From: Acidobacteriota bacterium
GTDB lineage: Bacteria > Acidobacteriota > CAIWXX01
Length of the DNA stretch: 64,000 bases
Direction of reading: 5' to 3'
Assembly: GCA_040755995.1 (NCBI GenBank)
Contig: JBFMAF010000010.1
Coordinates: forward strand, 32,001-96,000
Positions 47,251 through 56,946 of the stretch are shown here, piece by piece. The stretch's first letter is position 1; each line of letters begins with the position of its first letter. The notes under the pieces were generated by a model. The model saw only the letters and a program-made list of their open reading frames with translations. It was not told where the DNA came from and did not search any database. The position numbers and the translations under genes are program-made.

Positions 47251-48627
47251 TTAGACTCCGCCCGTTAGCACACTGATCGCTCTTTCGGTGGCGATACCAC
47301 GCGACCCCTTTATGACAACCACGTCTCCATTGGCCAGGTAGCCCTTGAGGAATTCCCCTACCTGGACCGCGTTGTCGAACGACTGGATCTCGCCGCGGAA
47401 CCCCGCCCGGCGCGCTCCTTGAGCGAAGAGCACCGCCTGCTTCCCAACGGTCAGGAGTGTGGAGAGCCGGCTGCGCCCGACCATCCGCCCGGCGTCGAGG
47501 TGGTACTGCCGGCTCTTCGCGCCCAGCTCCAGCATGTCGCCTGCGACGAGTATCCTCCGTCGCCGGCACGGGTACATGCGCAGCATCTCGACAGCCGCCT
47601 CCATGGCACGCGGATTCGAGTTATACGCATCGTTCAAAACGATCGCGCCGTTGCGCAGCCGGAGGACCTCGCCGCGCAAAAGCACCGGCCTGATGCGCTT
47701 CATCCGACCGAGGATCGTCCGAATGGGGACTCCGAGACCGTCCGCCACCGCTACCGCCGCCAACAGGTTCGCCAGCGCGTGCTTGCCTATGATCCGCGCG
47801 CGCGCGGGGTAGCGCGTCTTTCCGACCATAAGCGTGAACGTCATTCCGCCCGCCCCGAGGATGCGGACGTTCCCAGCCCGGTACCGGTTCGCGCCATGGT
47901 AGCCGTAACGCAGTATGCGGCCTGAGAAACGGCGCGCGATCCGCATGACCCACGGGTCGTCGCCGTTGACAACCGCCAGCCCGCCGGCCGGGAGCGCCTC
48001 CAGAAGCTCGGCCTTCGCCCTCGCCACGTTGCCCAGCGTTTTCATCGTCTCCATGTGTACCGGACTCACATTGGTCACGACACCGACCGATGGCGATGCG
48101 ATCTCGCACAGCCGGCGAATCTCGCCGGGTGTAGACATGCCCATCTCGAGCACTGCGTAGGTCTCGCGACCGGTGACCCGCAGAAGGCTCACCGGCAGAC
48201 CGTAGAGGTTGTTCAGATTCCCCTCGCTCTTCAGTGCGCGCGGCCCCAACAGCGCCGCGGTGAAGTCCTTGGTGCTGGTCTTCCCCGTGGTGCCGGTGAT
48301 CCCCACCACAGTCATGTTGTTCGACTTGCGGACGTGCCGCGCGAGCTCCTGCAGAGCGTACGTTGTGTCCTTTACCAGGATCGCAACATCGAACAGTCGA
48401 AGATCCTCGACGTCGCGATGCGAGACCAGCCCGCGGGCGCCGCGGGCGCGCGCGTCGTGCAAGAAGTCGTGCCCGTCGAACTTCTCTCCCCTGAGCGGGA
48501 AGAAAAAATCGCCCGGGCGCAGCGAGCGCGTGTCAGTGGAGAAGGAGGTGAAGGGCACGCTGGGGTTGCCGGCCACCAGCACGCCTCCGGTCGCCCGGGC
48601 GATCTCGCCTGCAGTCAGTGTCGGCAT
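47251..48627 (-). CDS. murF: UDP-MurNAc-tripeptide--D-Ala-D-Ala ligase
   Basis: GTTGKTSTK; EMGM; NDAYNSNP; GDMLELG; KGSR. Confidence 0.95.
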   Translation of the reverse strand: MPTLTAGEIARATGGVLVAGNPSVPFTSFSTDTRSLRPGDFFFPLRGEKFDGHDFLHDARARGARGLVSHRDVEDLRLFDVAILVKDTTYALQELARHVRKSNNMTVVGITGTTGKTSTKDFTAALLGPRALKSEGNLNNLYGLPVSLLRVTGRETYAVLEMGMSTPGEIRRLCEIASPSVGVVTNVSPVHMETMKTLGNVARAKAELLEALPAGGLAVVNGDDPWVMRIARRFSGRILRYGYHGANRYRAGNVRILGAGGMTFTLMVGKTRYPARARIIGKHALANLLAAVAVADGLGVPIRTILGRMKRIRPVLLRGEVLRLRNGAIVLNDAYNSNPRAMEAAVEMLRMYPCRRRRILVAGDMLELGAKSRQYHLDAGRMVGRSRLSTLLTVGKQAVLFAQGARRAGFRGEIQSFDNAVQVGEFLKGYLANGDVVVIKGSRGIATERAISVLTGGV

Positions 48628-48638
48628 GGCGGCTCGTT

Positions 48639-50135
48639 TCAGGCCTCGGCGGCGGGCGGTTGCCCGCCGCCTCGTGCCGCTCTCCACTCCAGCACCACCT
48701 CGCGATCGCTGAAGTGAATCGTGCGGTCGTTGAGAATCTGGTAGTCTTCGTGCCCCTTTCCCGCGATCACGACGATGTCGCCGGCGCGGGCCTCGTCCAG
48801 CGCGGAGTGGATGGCGCTGCGGCGGTCGGTGACACGGCGGTAGGCGTCGAAGGAGCCGAAGCCGCGTTCGGCCTCGTCCATGATCGCCTCCGGCGGCTCG
48901 CTCCTCGGATTGTCGCTCGTCAGCACCGCCAGATCCGCGTGGCGCGCCACGGCGGCCGCCATGAGGGGCCGCTTGCGGCGATCGCGGTCGCCGCCGCATC
49001 CGAAGATGGCGATGAGCCGGCCCGGCGTGAGAGGCCGCAGGCTCGAGAGCAGATTCTCGAGCGCATCCGGGCTGTGGGCGTAGTCGATGACGGCGGAGAA
49101 GGCTCCCAGCTCGATCCGCTCGACTCGACCCGGCACGTGACTCATGCGGCGGATGCCTTCGGCAGCCGCGTCGAGGGGGACGCCGGCGGAGCAGGCGGCC
49201 GTGAGTGCTGCGAGGGCGTTGTACACGTTGAATCGCCCCACCATGGGCGAGGCGAGCTCGATCTTGCCCCATGGCGTCCGGGCCTTGCCCTTGAAGCCGT
49301 CCATGTTCAGCCGGGTGTACTCGATGGTGACGTCGGCTCCGTGTTCCATGCCGTAGCTGATGACGTTCGATCGAGTCGACGCGGCCACGGCGGAGTACTG
49401 CGGTGAATCCCGGTTAACGACGGCGTGTGCGCCCGCGTCGAGCGTCTCGAAGAGCTTCAGCTTCGCGCGGAGGTAGGCATCCATGTCCTGGTGGAAGTCG
49501 AGGTGGTCTTGCGTGAGATTCGTAAACACGGCTGTCGAGAAGCGCACCGAGTGGACGCGTTTCATCTCGAGAGAATGCGAGGATACCTCCATGGCGATGT
49601 GCGTGATTCCGGCGTCGAGGGACTCGCGCAGCATCGCCTGCAGATCCACGGATTCGGGGGTGGTGCGCGCGGCAGGGCGTTGCATGTTGCCGAGGCGGTA
49701 CTGGATCGTGCCCACGACACCGCTCCGCAATCCGGCGGCCGTGAAGATTGAGTCGAGCATGTAGGTCGTGGTGGTCTTCCCGTTTGTGCCGGTGACTGCG
49801 GCGATCGACAGCTCGCGGCTTGGCGACCGGTGGAAGATGTCGGCGACTTCGGCCATGGCGCGGCGCGCGTCGGCGACCTTGACGAAGGTGGTGCCGGGCG
49901 GGCGATCATCGGCGTCTCTGTCGGTGGTCACAGCCACGGCGCCCTTCTCGACCGCGTCTCGGACGTACCGGAGGCCGTCGTCTACGATCCCTTTGAGAGC
50001 GAAGAAGAGGGTGCCGCCCGAATCCGTTCTCCCGGCGACGCGCCGGGAATCGTAGGCGAGGGACGCGATGTCGACATCAGGGGTGCCGTAGATGACGACG
50101 GGCAGCGAGTTGTGGAGGAGATCGCCAAGCCTCAT
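48639..50135 (-). CDS. murE: UDP-MurNAc-dipeptide--meso-DAP ligase
   Basis: GTNGKTTT; EVSSH; DYAH; FGCGGDRD; DNPR (DAP-type); GKGHE. Confidence 0.96.
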   Translation of the reverse strand: MRLGDLLHNSLPVVIYGTPDVDIASLAYDSRRVAGRTDSGGTLFFALKGIVDDGLRYVRDAVEKGAVAVTTDRDADDRPPGTTFVKVADARRAMAEVADIFHRSPSRELSIAAVTGTNGKTTTTYMLDSIFTAAGLRSGVVGTIQYRLGNMQRPAARTTPESVDLQAMLRESLDAGITHIAMEVSSHSLEMKRVHSVRFSTAVFTNLTQDHLDFHQDMDAYLRAKLKLFETLDAGAHAVVNRDSPQYSAVAASTRSNVISYGMEHGADVTIEYTRLNMDGFKGKARTPWGKIELASPMVGRFNVYNALAALTAACSAGVPLDAAAEGIRRMSHVPGRVERIELGAFSAVIDYAHSPDALENLLSSLRPLTPGRLIAIFGCGGDRDRRKRPLMAAAVARHADLAVLTSDNPRSEPPEAIMDEAERGFGSFDAYRRVTDRRSAIHSALDEARAGDIVVIAGKGHEDYQILNDRTIHFSDREVVLEWRAARGGGQPPAAEA

Positions 50136-52198
50136 GGTGCGGTCGGCCTCCTCTGCAGGTCCAGCACGAGGCGGCAGCGGGTCACCTTGCCGAGAGACGT
50201 GCCGGCGGGCGGGGACTGCGTGACGACGTAGCCCGAGCCCGTCGCGTCGAAGTCGATGTGGAGCGAGGCGAGTATGCGGGCGGCCTCGCGGATGGTCATC
50301 CCGCGAAGGTCGGGGAAAGCGGGCTCGCCGCTGGCGACCGGCGGGAGCTCGGGCACGGTCTGCGTCCGCGCCGCGGGCACCACCAGCGGGGCGGCGGGCG
50401 ATCCGACCGCGATATCCAGGTCGCTGCCCTCGGCCACCAGGTCCAGCTGCTCTTCGGGGCTCAGCGATGCGTATCTCAGCATCGGCGAGACAGACTGGCG
50501 CCGCTCCGGAAAGATGTTCATGTAGTGCAGGATCTTCTCTGCGCACAGCTTGTAGACCGGTGCGGCGACCAGGCCGCCGTAATACGAACCTTTCGGCTCG
50601 TCGATCACGACGATCATCGCCAGAGCGGGATTGTCGACGGGGGTGAAGCCGACGAAGGAGGAGACGTACTTGCCGGAGGCATACTGTCCGGTGGCTGGGT
50701 CGATTTTTTGCGCCGTGCCCGTCTTGCCGGCCGTCGAGAAGCCGTCCATGCGGGCGGCGATGCCGGTCCCTCGCTCGACGACCTCGGTGAGGATATCCCG
50801 GAGCACACCTGAGACCTCCGGGGAGAGCACGCGGCGGGGAGGCACGGAGGTGGGCATCTCCCATCCGGAGCCGGTGGTGGAGACCATCTGGCGGACGATG
50901 CGGGGGCGGACGATGCAGCCGCCGTTGGCGACGGCGGATGTGGCGACGAGGATCTGCAGGGCCGTCGTGCTGACCTCCTGGCCCATGCACAGAGCTCCGA
51001 TCGAGATCGCGGACCAGTCGCCGGGCCGGCGCAGGATTCCGGGATTCTCGCCGGGCAGGTCGATGCCGGTGCGCATGCCGAAGCCGAACTGGCGCATGTA
51101 GTGGTAGAGGCGCTCGTCGCCGAGGCGCAGGCCGAGCTTGATCGAGCCGACGTTGCTCGAGTGCTCGATGATCTCGCCCACTGTCAGAATCCCGAAGGGC
51201 TTGTGGTCGCGTATCCGGTGGCCGGCCAGCTCGATCGCCCCCAGCTGGCAGTCCAGACGATCTTCGATGCGCGCGGTCTTCTCCATGAGCGTGGCGCCGG
51301 CGATGATGATCTTGAACGTGGACCCGGGCTCGTAGGCGTCTTCAATTGAACGGTTGCGGCGCAGCGCCTCTGACTGCTCGCCGTAAGAGTTGGGATTGTA
51401 CGCGGGCCAGCTCGCCATCGCGAGGATGTCACCCGTGCGCGGGTTCATCACGATTACTGTTCCGCCGCGCGCATGATGGCGAACGATCGCTTCGCGCAAC
51501 GCGTCCTCGACTATGTACTGCACGAACTCGTCGATGGTGAGGAAGATGTTCTTGGCCGGTTGATTCGGCGTGAGGGTAGTCTTGGCGAATTCGCGGCGGC
51601 GCGCGTCGACCTCCCGCTGTTCCTTTCCCGGCGCGCCGCTCAGATCGCGATCGTACTCGTACTCGATCCCGGCCAGCCCGGTATTGTCGAGTCCCACGTA
51701 GCCCAGCAGGTGGCACGCGAGCTCGTCCTTGGGATAGAACCTCTTGCTCTCGTTCACGAAGCCGACACCGTCCAGATCGAGCTTCCGGATCTTCTCGACG
51801 GTGTCGGCAGGCAATTTACGACGTATGTAGACGAAGTCCTTCTTCGCCCTGAGCTTCTCGACGAGCTCCTTGCGCAGCTTCGGCTCGCCCAGTGCCTCCG
51901 CCAGCTTCGTCGCGGCCGTCTCGGGAGCGGTCACCTGCGGAGGATATGCCACACAGCTCTCCACCTCGCGGCTGATTGCAAGCTCCCGGCCGTTGCGATC
52001 GTAGATCGTGCCCCGCTTCGTCTGGACCTCGATCTCGCGAAGCTGCTGCCTCTGGGCTTCGGTCTGTAGCTCGTCGGTCTTCGAGACCTGCAGCACTACG
52101 AGCCTCCAGACGATCGCGCAGGCCCATACGACTGAGAAGAAGACGGCGAAGTAGATCCTGCGCCGTTGTGTCTTCTTTAGGTTCTCCATGGTCGCCAT
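50132..52198 (-). CDS. ftsI: Class B PBP FtsI with C-terminal PASTA
   Basis: RGTIYDRNG; STFK; SSN; KTG; PDLRGMTIREA. Confidence 0.93.
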   Translation of the reverse strand: MATMENLKKTQRRRIYFAVFFSVVWACAIVWRLVVLQVSKTDELQTEAQRQQLREIEVQTKRGTIYDRNGRELAISREVESCVAYPPQVTAPETAATKLAEALGEPKLRKELVEKLRAKKDFVYIRRKLPADTVEKIRKLDLDGVGFVNESKRFYPKDELACHLLGYVGLDNTGLAGIEYEYDRDLSGAPGKEQREVDARRREFAKTTLTPNQPAKNIFLTIDEFVQYIVEDALREAIVRHHARGGTVIVMNPRTGDILAMASWPAYNPNSYGEQSEALRRNRSIEDAYEPGSTFKIIIAGATLMEKTARIEDRLDCQLGAIELAGHRIRDHKPFGILTVGEIIEHSSNVGSIKLGLRLGDERLYHYMRQFGFGMRTGIDLPGENPGILRRPGDWSAISIGALCMGQEVSTTALQILVATSAVANGGCIVRPRIVRQMVSTTGSGWEMPTSVPPRRVLSPEVSGVLRDILTEVVERGTGIAARMDGFSTAGKTGTAQKIDPATGQYASGKYVSSFVGFTPVDNPALAMIVVIDEPKGSYYGGLVAAPVYKLCAEKILHYMNIFPERRQSVSPMLRYASLSPEEQLDLVAEGSDLDIAVGSPAAPLVVPAARTQTVPELPPVASGEPAFPDLRGMTIREAARILASLHIDFDATGSGYVVTQSPPAGTSLGKVTRCRLVLDLQRRPTAP

Positions 52199-52301
52199 GG
52201 GCGCGAACGGCCGGGCGACGCCGACGCCCGCCTCAGGATCTCGAGCTTCGAACGTCGAATGCCGGCTCGCATCATTCGCCGTTCTCGCAGTTCACACATC
52301 T

Positions 52302-52721
52302 TCATTGGCCGCTATCGATCAGGCTCTCCGGGGCGCGGTCCACCCGAGACATCTCGCTCTGACCGTTCGCCCCGCATTCCAACAGAAACACCTGGTCCTC
52401 ACCCGGCGAGACCAGGCCGAGGCGGCCGCGGGCCAGAGTGTCGATGCGGTCGGGTGCCTGGAGCGCCGAGCGCTGGGTGATGAGCTGTCGCTGCTGCTCG
52501 AGCTGGCTCTCGAGCTCCTTCCTCAGCCGCTCCTGCTCATACCCGGCGCGGATGAATTCGTTCCGCTGCCAGACGTAAAACAGGATCGAGAGCATGAGGA
52601 CCATACCTACGAACATGGAGACAACGAAATCCTTCACGTGCCGGTGGTCGATCTCGCGAAGGATCACACCGTTGTTGACCTTGCGGGTCTGGATCGGTGC
52701 CGTGGCCGTGACCGCCGCCAT
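52302..52721 (-). CDS. ftsL: Cell division protein FtsL
   Basis: TM + coiled coil + RIDTLARGRLGL; between rsmH and ftsI. Confidence 0.85.
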   Translation of the reverse strand: MAAVTATAPIQTRKVNNGVILREIDHRHVKDFVVSMFVGMVLMLSILFYVWQRNEFIRAGYEQERLRKELESQLEQQRQLITQRSALQAPDRIDTLARGRLGLVSPGEDQVFLLECGANGQSEMSRVDRAPESLIDSGQ

Positions 52722-53662
52722 CAGGATGCCTCCTCCGGCACATCGGTGCGCCCGAGCGCCCTCAGCTTCGCCGATCGAGCGCGTGGATTCCGCGCTCGCT
52801 CGGCAGCGCCGGCGATCAACGGTTTCTTCATCAGCAGCTCGTAGTGGGGAGTGCCCGCGAGCTGCCGGAATGTCTGCTTGACGATGCGGTCCTCGAGCGA
52901 GTGGTAGGCCAGGACGACCAGGCGGCCCGAAGCAGCCAGGGCATCGGCAACGTCGTGGAGGAACTCGGACAGTCCCACCAGCTCGCCGTTGACCGCGATG
53001 CGCACGGCCATGAACGGGAGAGTGGCGGGGTTCAACGACCGCCGCCAGCGGCGGCCCGTAATGGCGTAGATCGCGTCGAGGAAGTCGGCGGTTCCGGCGA
53101 ACGGGCGCGCGTGCCGCCGGCGTACGATTCCTGTCGACAGGCGGCGAGCGAATGGTACTTCGCCGTATTCGCGAAAAATCCGTTCAAGCTCTTCCGGAGC
53201 CGCTGTATTGAGAAGCTCGGCGGCGGTTGGACCGCTGCGCGGGTCCATGCGCATGTCCAGAGGCTCGTCGCGCGAGAAGCTGAAGCCACGGCCGGATCGG
53301 TCGAGCTGGCAGGAGCTGATTCCAAGATCGAGGAAACAGCCGCCGAGCGGCAGCCGCGGCATCTCGTGCCGCCTCCAGTTCTTGAAATCGTCGTGGATGA
53401 TAACGGCCCTCGAGCCGAATGGCTCCAGCTCGGAGGTCGCGAGGGCGATGCTGTCAGCATCGCGGTCAAATCCTACCAGGACGGTATCCGGCGCGTGTTC
53501 CAGGAGGCGGCGAGCCTGGGCGCCGGTGCCCAGCGTGCCGTCGATGTAAAAGTAGCCGGGACGGGGGTGGAGCAGCTGGATGCTTTCGTTGGGGAGGACT
53601 TGTAGGTGTGGGGGTTGGCGGGGGGATATGCTTGCTTCCGTTCCCAAAAAGGTAGGCGCCAT
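52721..53662 (-). CDS. rsmH: 16S rRNA m4C1402 methyltransferase
   Basis: DLGISS.QLD; PLDMRMD; HSLEDRIVK; NPRARSAKLR. Start uncertain. Confidence 0.92.
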   Translation of the reverse strand: MAPTFLGTEASISPRQPPHLQVLPNESIQLLHPRPGYFYIDGTLGTGAQARRLLEHAPDTVLVGFDRDADSIALATSELEPFGSRAVIIHDDFKNWRRHEMPRLPLGGCFLDLGISSCQLDRSGRGFSFSRDEPLDMRMDPRSGPTAAELLNTAAPEELERIFREYGEVPFARRLSTGIVRRRHARPFAGTADFLDAIYAITGRRWRRSLNPATLPFMAVRIAVNGELVGLSEFLHDVADALAASGRLVVLAYHSLEDRIVKQTFRQLAGTPHYELLMKKPLIAGAAERARNPRARSAKLRALGRTDVPEEAS

Positions 53663-53906
53663 GGAAGGATGCTTGCTCCCTCCCGTCCCGGCTTCAGGCA
53701 AAGTAGGGATGTTGCGTGGTGAAGGTCGACCCCGGCGCTGCGCACGACCTGCGGCGCTCGGTGCAGTTGGCCGCAGCGTGCGGTGCCAGTGCGGGATCGA
53801 CGAGTGCGGTCCGCGCGCATTGACTTCGTCATCGAATGCGCCGGCGTAGTCCTCCTGACCGGCGAGGATGTGCGCCGGGATGAGGAAGGATCTTGCGTTG
53901 CGCATG

Positions 53907-54347
53907 CTATCTTCCAAACGATGCGATCGTTCTCAGTTCTTCGGGTGTGATGGGCGACTGGAGTCGCTTTTCGACAAACACCTGGCGGTTCCAGAGCGAG
54001 AGGTGATTGATCTTGCCGAGGAGGATGCACTCGCCGTCGAGCGAGGCGGTCTCGCGGAGCAGAGGAGGGATAACGGTCCGACCCTGGCCGTCGAGGGAAG
54101 CCACCCTGCCGTAATAGGACGTGAGGTCAGTGAACTTGATCACGGCGGGTTCGAAGCTGGGGCCGTCCTCCAGCCTGCGGGCTATATCCTGCCAGACTGT
54201 GAGTGGGTATATCTTGATCTCGGTCCCGTCGAGGCTGGTGATGAACAGATGCCTGCCCCACTTCTGCTCAATGGCGTTCTTGATGTCAGCAGGCAGCCTT
54301 AGTCTGCCGACGTCATCCATCTTTGCGAAGTGACTGCCATACAGCAT
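53907..54347 (-). CDS. mraZ: Transcriptional regulator MraZ
   Basis: Two DxxGR repeats (DDVGRLRLP, DGQGRTVIP). Confidence 0.93.
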   Translation of the reverse strand: MLYGSHFAKMDDVGRLRLPADIKNAIEQKWGRHLFITSLDGTEIKIYPLTVWQDIARRLEDGPSFEPAVIKFTDLTSYYGRVASLDGQGRTVIPPLLRETASLDGECILLGKINHLSLWNRQVFVEKRLQSPITPEELRTIASFGR

Positions 54348-54353
54348 TGCCAG

Positions 54354-54457
54354 GCTCCAAACCCCCAAAACGCCACCATTGGAGTGCAGAGGCACTCCAA
54401 TTTGCTCCAATTTGCTCCAACGCCGACCATTCTACGAGCAGGTTGGAGGCCTGTCAA
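54354..54457 (-). promoter_or_regulatory. dcw promoter with MraZ-type operator repeats
   Basis: TTGACA (54457-54452)-17 bp-TAGAAT (54434-54429); TTGGAG three times at 10-bp period just downstream. Confidence 0.8.
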
Positions 54458-54596
54458 GCATTTTTCTATGATTTTTTCGAGGTAGCGGCGAGGCAGCCCG
54501 GGGCAGCGACGGGGCATGGGGTCGAGAGGCCCATCTGAGCCGGCGGCCCGCTCTTCCAGGGTGACTGCCTGGATCTCGATTGTCCAGCAGCGAGAT

Positions 54597-55019
54597 TCAG
54601 ACTCCAGGCCGCCTTCGCACACCAAGCAGGCTAAGGAGCTTCGCCGTGGGGTACACTTGCACTCCAGCATCGTCGAAGTCGTGGTCGTTGGACCAAATCG
54701 GTGCCTTCAGGTGAATCGCAAGCGCCAGAGTGTCGACGTCGTCGGAGTCGCGCCCACCGATCCGGCGTGACGCTTCAGAGAGACGCGCCTCATACTCCTT
54801 GCCGTCAACCCAGGTAACCGGGAGAGTCGCCAGCGCCATCGACATGACATCCTCGGGGATGCCTTTGCGCCTCGCAAAGCTTCCAAGGTACTCCCGGAGC
54901 TCTGCGTAGACGGCATCCGCCGCGCACACCCCCTCGATCATCGGATGGCCGAGCGCCAGCCGCGCCCGGCCGCCGCCGATGGCGGAGAGGAGCACGTTCG
55001 CGTCGGCGACGAGCCTCAT
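54597..55019 (-). CDS. PIN-domain toxin
   Basis: LVADANVL; DSDDV; WSNDHDF. Confidence 0.85.
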   Translation of the reverse strand: MRLVADANVLLSAIGGGRARLALGHPMIEGVCAADAVYAELREYLGSFARRKGIPEDVMSMALATLPVTWVDGKEYEARLSEASRRIGGRDSDDVDTLALAIHLKAPIWSNDHDFDDAGVQVYPTAKLLSLLGVRRRPGV

Positions 55020-55022
55020 CGT

Positions 55023-55310
55023 TCACGCCCCGGTCTTCAGTTGCGCGCCTCTGTGCTGACGCCTCCTCTTCCATTCCTTGAAGCCGGTAGCGAGATCGAC
55101 TTCGGTCACGCGTTTCTTCCTCATCTGTCTGGTCACCTCCGAGACAATCACGGGAAACAATTCCCGCTTGAGCTCCAGCGGAAGCGTCTTCTCCGGACAT
55201 GGAAAGAAGATCCCCGCCAGCTCTCCTCTCCTCATCACCAAGATCGGATCCCGGGAGCGTAACAGCTTTGTGGCCCTGTCTCGGAACTCCTTCACTGTTC
55301 TGATCGTCAT
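55023..55310 (-). CDS. Phd/YefM-like antitoxin
   Basis: TVKEFRDRATKLL..PILVMRRG; directly upstream of the PIN gene. Confidence 0.65.
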   Translation of the reverse strand: MTIRTVKEFRDRATKLLRSRDPILVMRRGELAGIFFPCPEKTLPLELKRELFPVIVSEVTRQMRKKRVTEVDLATGFKEWKRRRQHRGAQLKTGA

Positions 55311-55438
55311 CGGTGGTCACCTCGATGACCACTATACCATCTCCCCGCCCGGCCGGCCAGGACTGGCTACGGCCCCCGCGGCAGGCAGGAACGCGCGCTG
55401 GGTTGCATTGTCCGCTGCTCTGAAGGACAATCTGGGTG

Positions 55439-56518
55439 ATGAAGTTCACGCTGTTTGGGCTGCCGAAGACGGGCAAGACGACTCTCTTCAACCTGCTTAC
55501 GGGGTCACGGCTCGCGACTGGCAAGTTCACCGCCACCGAGAAATCGGCGCACGTGGGCCGCTGCTTGGTGCAAGATCCGCGGCTGAAGCGGTTGAACCAG
55601 ATGTTCAATCCGAAGAGGCTCGTCTTCGCCCAGATCGACTACGTGGACCTTGGAGGGCTCGCCTTCGGCGAGGTGAAAGAGACGGAGCTGCTCCCGCACC
55701 TCCGCAACTCCGACGGCCTCGCCCACGTCGTGCGCGCGTTCGAGGACGAAGACATGGCGCACCCGGGGGGCATCAATCCCGTCAGGGACATGGAGCAGAT
55801 GGAGGACGAGCTGATCCTGGCGGACATGATCGTGATCGAGAGCCGGCTGGATCGGCTCGCGAAGGACCTCAAGAAGGCGAAGCGGCCTGACCTTGAGAAG
55901 GAAGAGTCGTTGCTTCAGCAGCTGCGCGAGACGGCGTCCTCGGGCAGACCGCTGCGCGATCTTGCGCTGAACGAGGAGGAGGAGCGGGTGGTGCGCGGGT
56001 TCCAGTTCCTGAGCCGGAAGCCGCTGCTGAACATCGTGAACGTGGGCGAGAAGGACACCGGAAGGCTGGCCCGCGCCGAAGATTTCCGCCCCGAACGATG
56101 GAAGGGCTCTACGAATGCAGTAATTTCTACGGTCTCGGCGGTGATCGAGGAGGAGATTTCGGAGCTATCCGAGGAGGAGACCGCGGAGTACCTCCACGCT
56201 TACGGGCTCCATGAGACGGCTCTCGCCCGCCTGATACGCGACGGCTACGCGCTACTCGGGCTCATCTCCTTCTTTACGGTCGGCGACGACGAAGTGCGTG
56301 CCTGGACGGTCGACCGAGGTACAACGGCAAAGGGAGCGGCCGGTGCGGTGCACACCGACCTGGAGAAGGGATTCATCCGGGCCGAGGTGGTCGCCTTCGG
56401 CGAGCTGCTCGAAGCGGGTTCGCTCGCGGAGTGCCGCCGCCGGGGCACGCTGCGCCTCGAAGGGAAGGACTACGTCGTGCGCGACGGCGAGATCGTCCAC
56501 ATCCGTTCGGGTATCTGA
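55439..56518 (+). CDS. ychF: YchF/Ola1 family ATPase
   Basis: GLPKTGKTT; HVVRAF; FFTVG..EVRAW; AAGAVHTDLEKGFIRAEV; RLEGKDYVV.DG. Confidence 0.9.
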   Translation: MKFTLFGLPKTGKTTLFNLLTGSRLATGKFTATEKSAHVGRCLVQDPRLKRLNQMFNPKRLVFAQIDYVDLGGLAFGEVKETELLPHLRNSDGLAHVVRAFEDEDMAHPGGINPVRDMEQMEDELILADMIVIESRLDRLAKDLKKAKRPDLEKEESLLQQLRETASSGRPLRDLALNEEEERVVRGFQFLSRKPLLNIVNVGEKDTGRLARAEDFRPERWKGSTNAVISTVSAVIEEEISELSEEETAEYLHAYGLHETALARLIRDGYALLGLISFFTVGDDEVRAWTVDRGTTAKGAAGAVHTDLEKGFIRAEVVAFGELLEAGSLAECRRRGTLRLEGKDYVVRDGEIVHIRSGI

Positions 56519-56521
56519 CTC

Positions 56522-56785
56522 GTGCCGGTGCGACTCGAGATCAAGGTCCAGCCGCGAGCCTCGCGCGACGCGCTTGAAATCGACGCGGCCGGGAAGCTCC
56601 GGCTCAGGCTCAGGGCGCCGGCGGTCGAAGGCGAGGCGAACCGGGCCGCGATGAGGTTTCTCGCGGATCACTTCGGCGTCGCCCCGTCGCGCGTGAAGTT
56701 GCTGCGAGGATCGAGCTCACGCCACAAGGTATTCGAAATCGAAGGAGTCGATCCGGAGGAGGCACGCAGGCGCCTCCCGGGATGA
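56522..56785 (+). CDS. DUF167 (YggU) family protein
   Basis: IKVQPRAS; APAVEGEAN; GSSSRHK. Confidence 0.9.
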   Translation: MPVRLEIKVQPRASRDALEIDAAGKLRLRLRAPAVEGEANRAAMRFLADHFGVAPSRVKLLRGSSSRHKVFEIEGVDPEEARRRLPG

Positions 56786-56946
56786 TCGCCGGATGGGCTG
56801 CCTGACGGCTCGTGGCGAAGCAGCTGCTGCGATCGAGTCGGGTCTATGGGGAGTGCGTCATCGGCCATGGATTCGACGGCGTATGCGATCAGGATTGTGG
56901 TCCTGTGCGGGCGCCGGCCTGCGGCCCGTCCTCCACTATCTACTCT

